A stretch of DNA of 64,000 nt. Source: Tubiluchus corallicola. Lineage: Eukaryota > Animalia > Priapulida. Where the stretch lies: assembly GCA_030141605.1 (NCBI GenBank), contig JAQGDQ010000330.1, forward strand, positions 124,001 through 188,000. The letters are read 5' to 3'. Below are positions 63,013 through 64,000 of the stretch, one piece after another. How positions within the stretch are numbered: position 1 is the first letter of the stretch; each line of letters opens with the position of its first letter. Below the pieces are notes generated by a model. It saw only the letters and a program-made list of their open reading frames with translations, did no database searches and had not been told where the DNA came from. The translations under genes and the position numbers were made by a program.

Positions 63013-64000
63013 TTTTGTTGTTACGTTAATACTTGAAAAGATGAATGAAGTTGCCACCAGTCGTGATTGAATTGCCAAGAAAAGAGAGACGCGGCCAGCT
63101 GAAGTTTTTCTGTTCAAGATTGCATGTGGTTAATAACTGCTCTAGTGTCAATACAATACAATACAATGTAACTGAATATAATACATTATTAAATCGATAA
63201 TATAATGCACGCCATCTATAAAATGATTCTAACGCATCGACATTAAAGCAAATTAATGCCAACACTTTTAAAGATATGGCTGTATACATGAATCATAAAC
63301 ATTGAAATTACATGTTATAAAAATGTTTATATATATGTATAAACGTATTTATATATTTATTAACCGCATTAACAATGAAGCACGGATTGGTTAACTAAAA
63401 TTTCTACTTTCTCTGTAAATCTGCTAAAAAATAACTTTTTAATGGAGGACCTTATTTATTGTATAACATGGTCTTAAGGATGACGGGAGGACGGCCATTT
63501 ATTCCACGAAGGTTGACCAGTCACTGCAAAGATTCTGTCACTGAAAGTAGAGCATTTCTTACGGGGAACTGCAATTAAATTTGAATTGTTGATGTAGGAA
63601 ATTTCTGGAACAATTTTGTACTATGAACATGTGACAAAGTGACATGATGTGCTCAGCCATTCATCGCTTTAAAGACTCTCATACGTATTTTGAACTTTAT
63701 TCTTAAAGGAAAATCTGACCCAATCTTAAATCATCGCTCTAAACAATCTACCCTGTAAAATACTGAAAGGAAAACATACTATTTTTTTCAAAAATGACTT
63801 ACGTGAAAGAATTATTATCACACAAACACAATTTCGCGTTGGCGCGGCTAGTTATTCGCTGTTACATGCATTTCGCCATTTGCTAATTGGATGCATCGCG
63901 CAAACGTTACATAAAATCAGGTGCTGACTGAACAATATACCTGTCTTTTGTTGCCAAAACCCGAAATGCGTTTCTTTTTAATTTTTGCAGAAATTTTCCC

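Overview
AT-rich, intron-rich animal (invertebrate-type) genomic DNA, not prokaryotic. It holds four spliced genes, which I rebuilt by hand from GT-AG junctions. (1) The first five coding exons of GBF1 (Arf-GEF, - strand, continuing off the left edge). (2) A secreted cholinesterase-family gene lacking both the catalytic Ser and His (+). (3) A 10-Cys Ly6/uPAR three-finger, probably GPI-anchored, gene convergent with it (-). (4) A complete 9-exon SLC7 amino-acid transporter light chain (+). Mobile DNA includes a near-intact BEL/Pao LTR retrotransposon (349-bp LTRs with one mismatch, tRNAi-Met PBS, 5-bp TSD) inside a 60-bp satellite in a GBF1 intron. There is also a two-ORF CR1/L2-type LINE (esterase ORF1, 2A-like NPGP motif, YAGD reverse transcriptase), an internally deleted Tc1/mariner, MITEs, LINE 3' fragments and many satellites. 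The most unusual signal is the 32-bp tandem repeat at 1-1125: it is the GBF1 exon end plus its 5' splice site, repeated about 35 times. All coordinates were read by eye and no searches were run.
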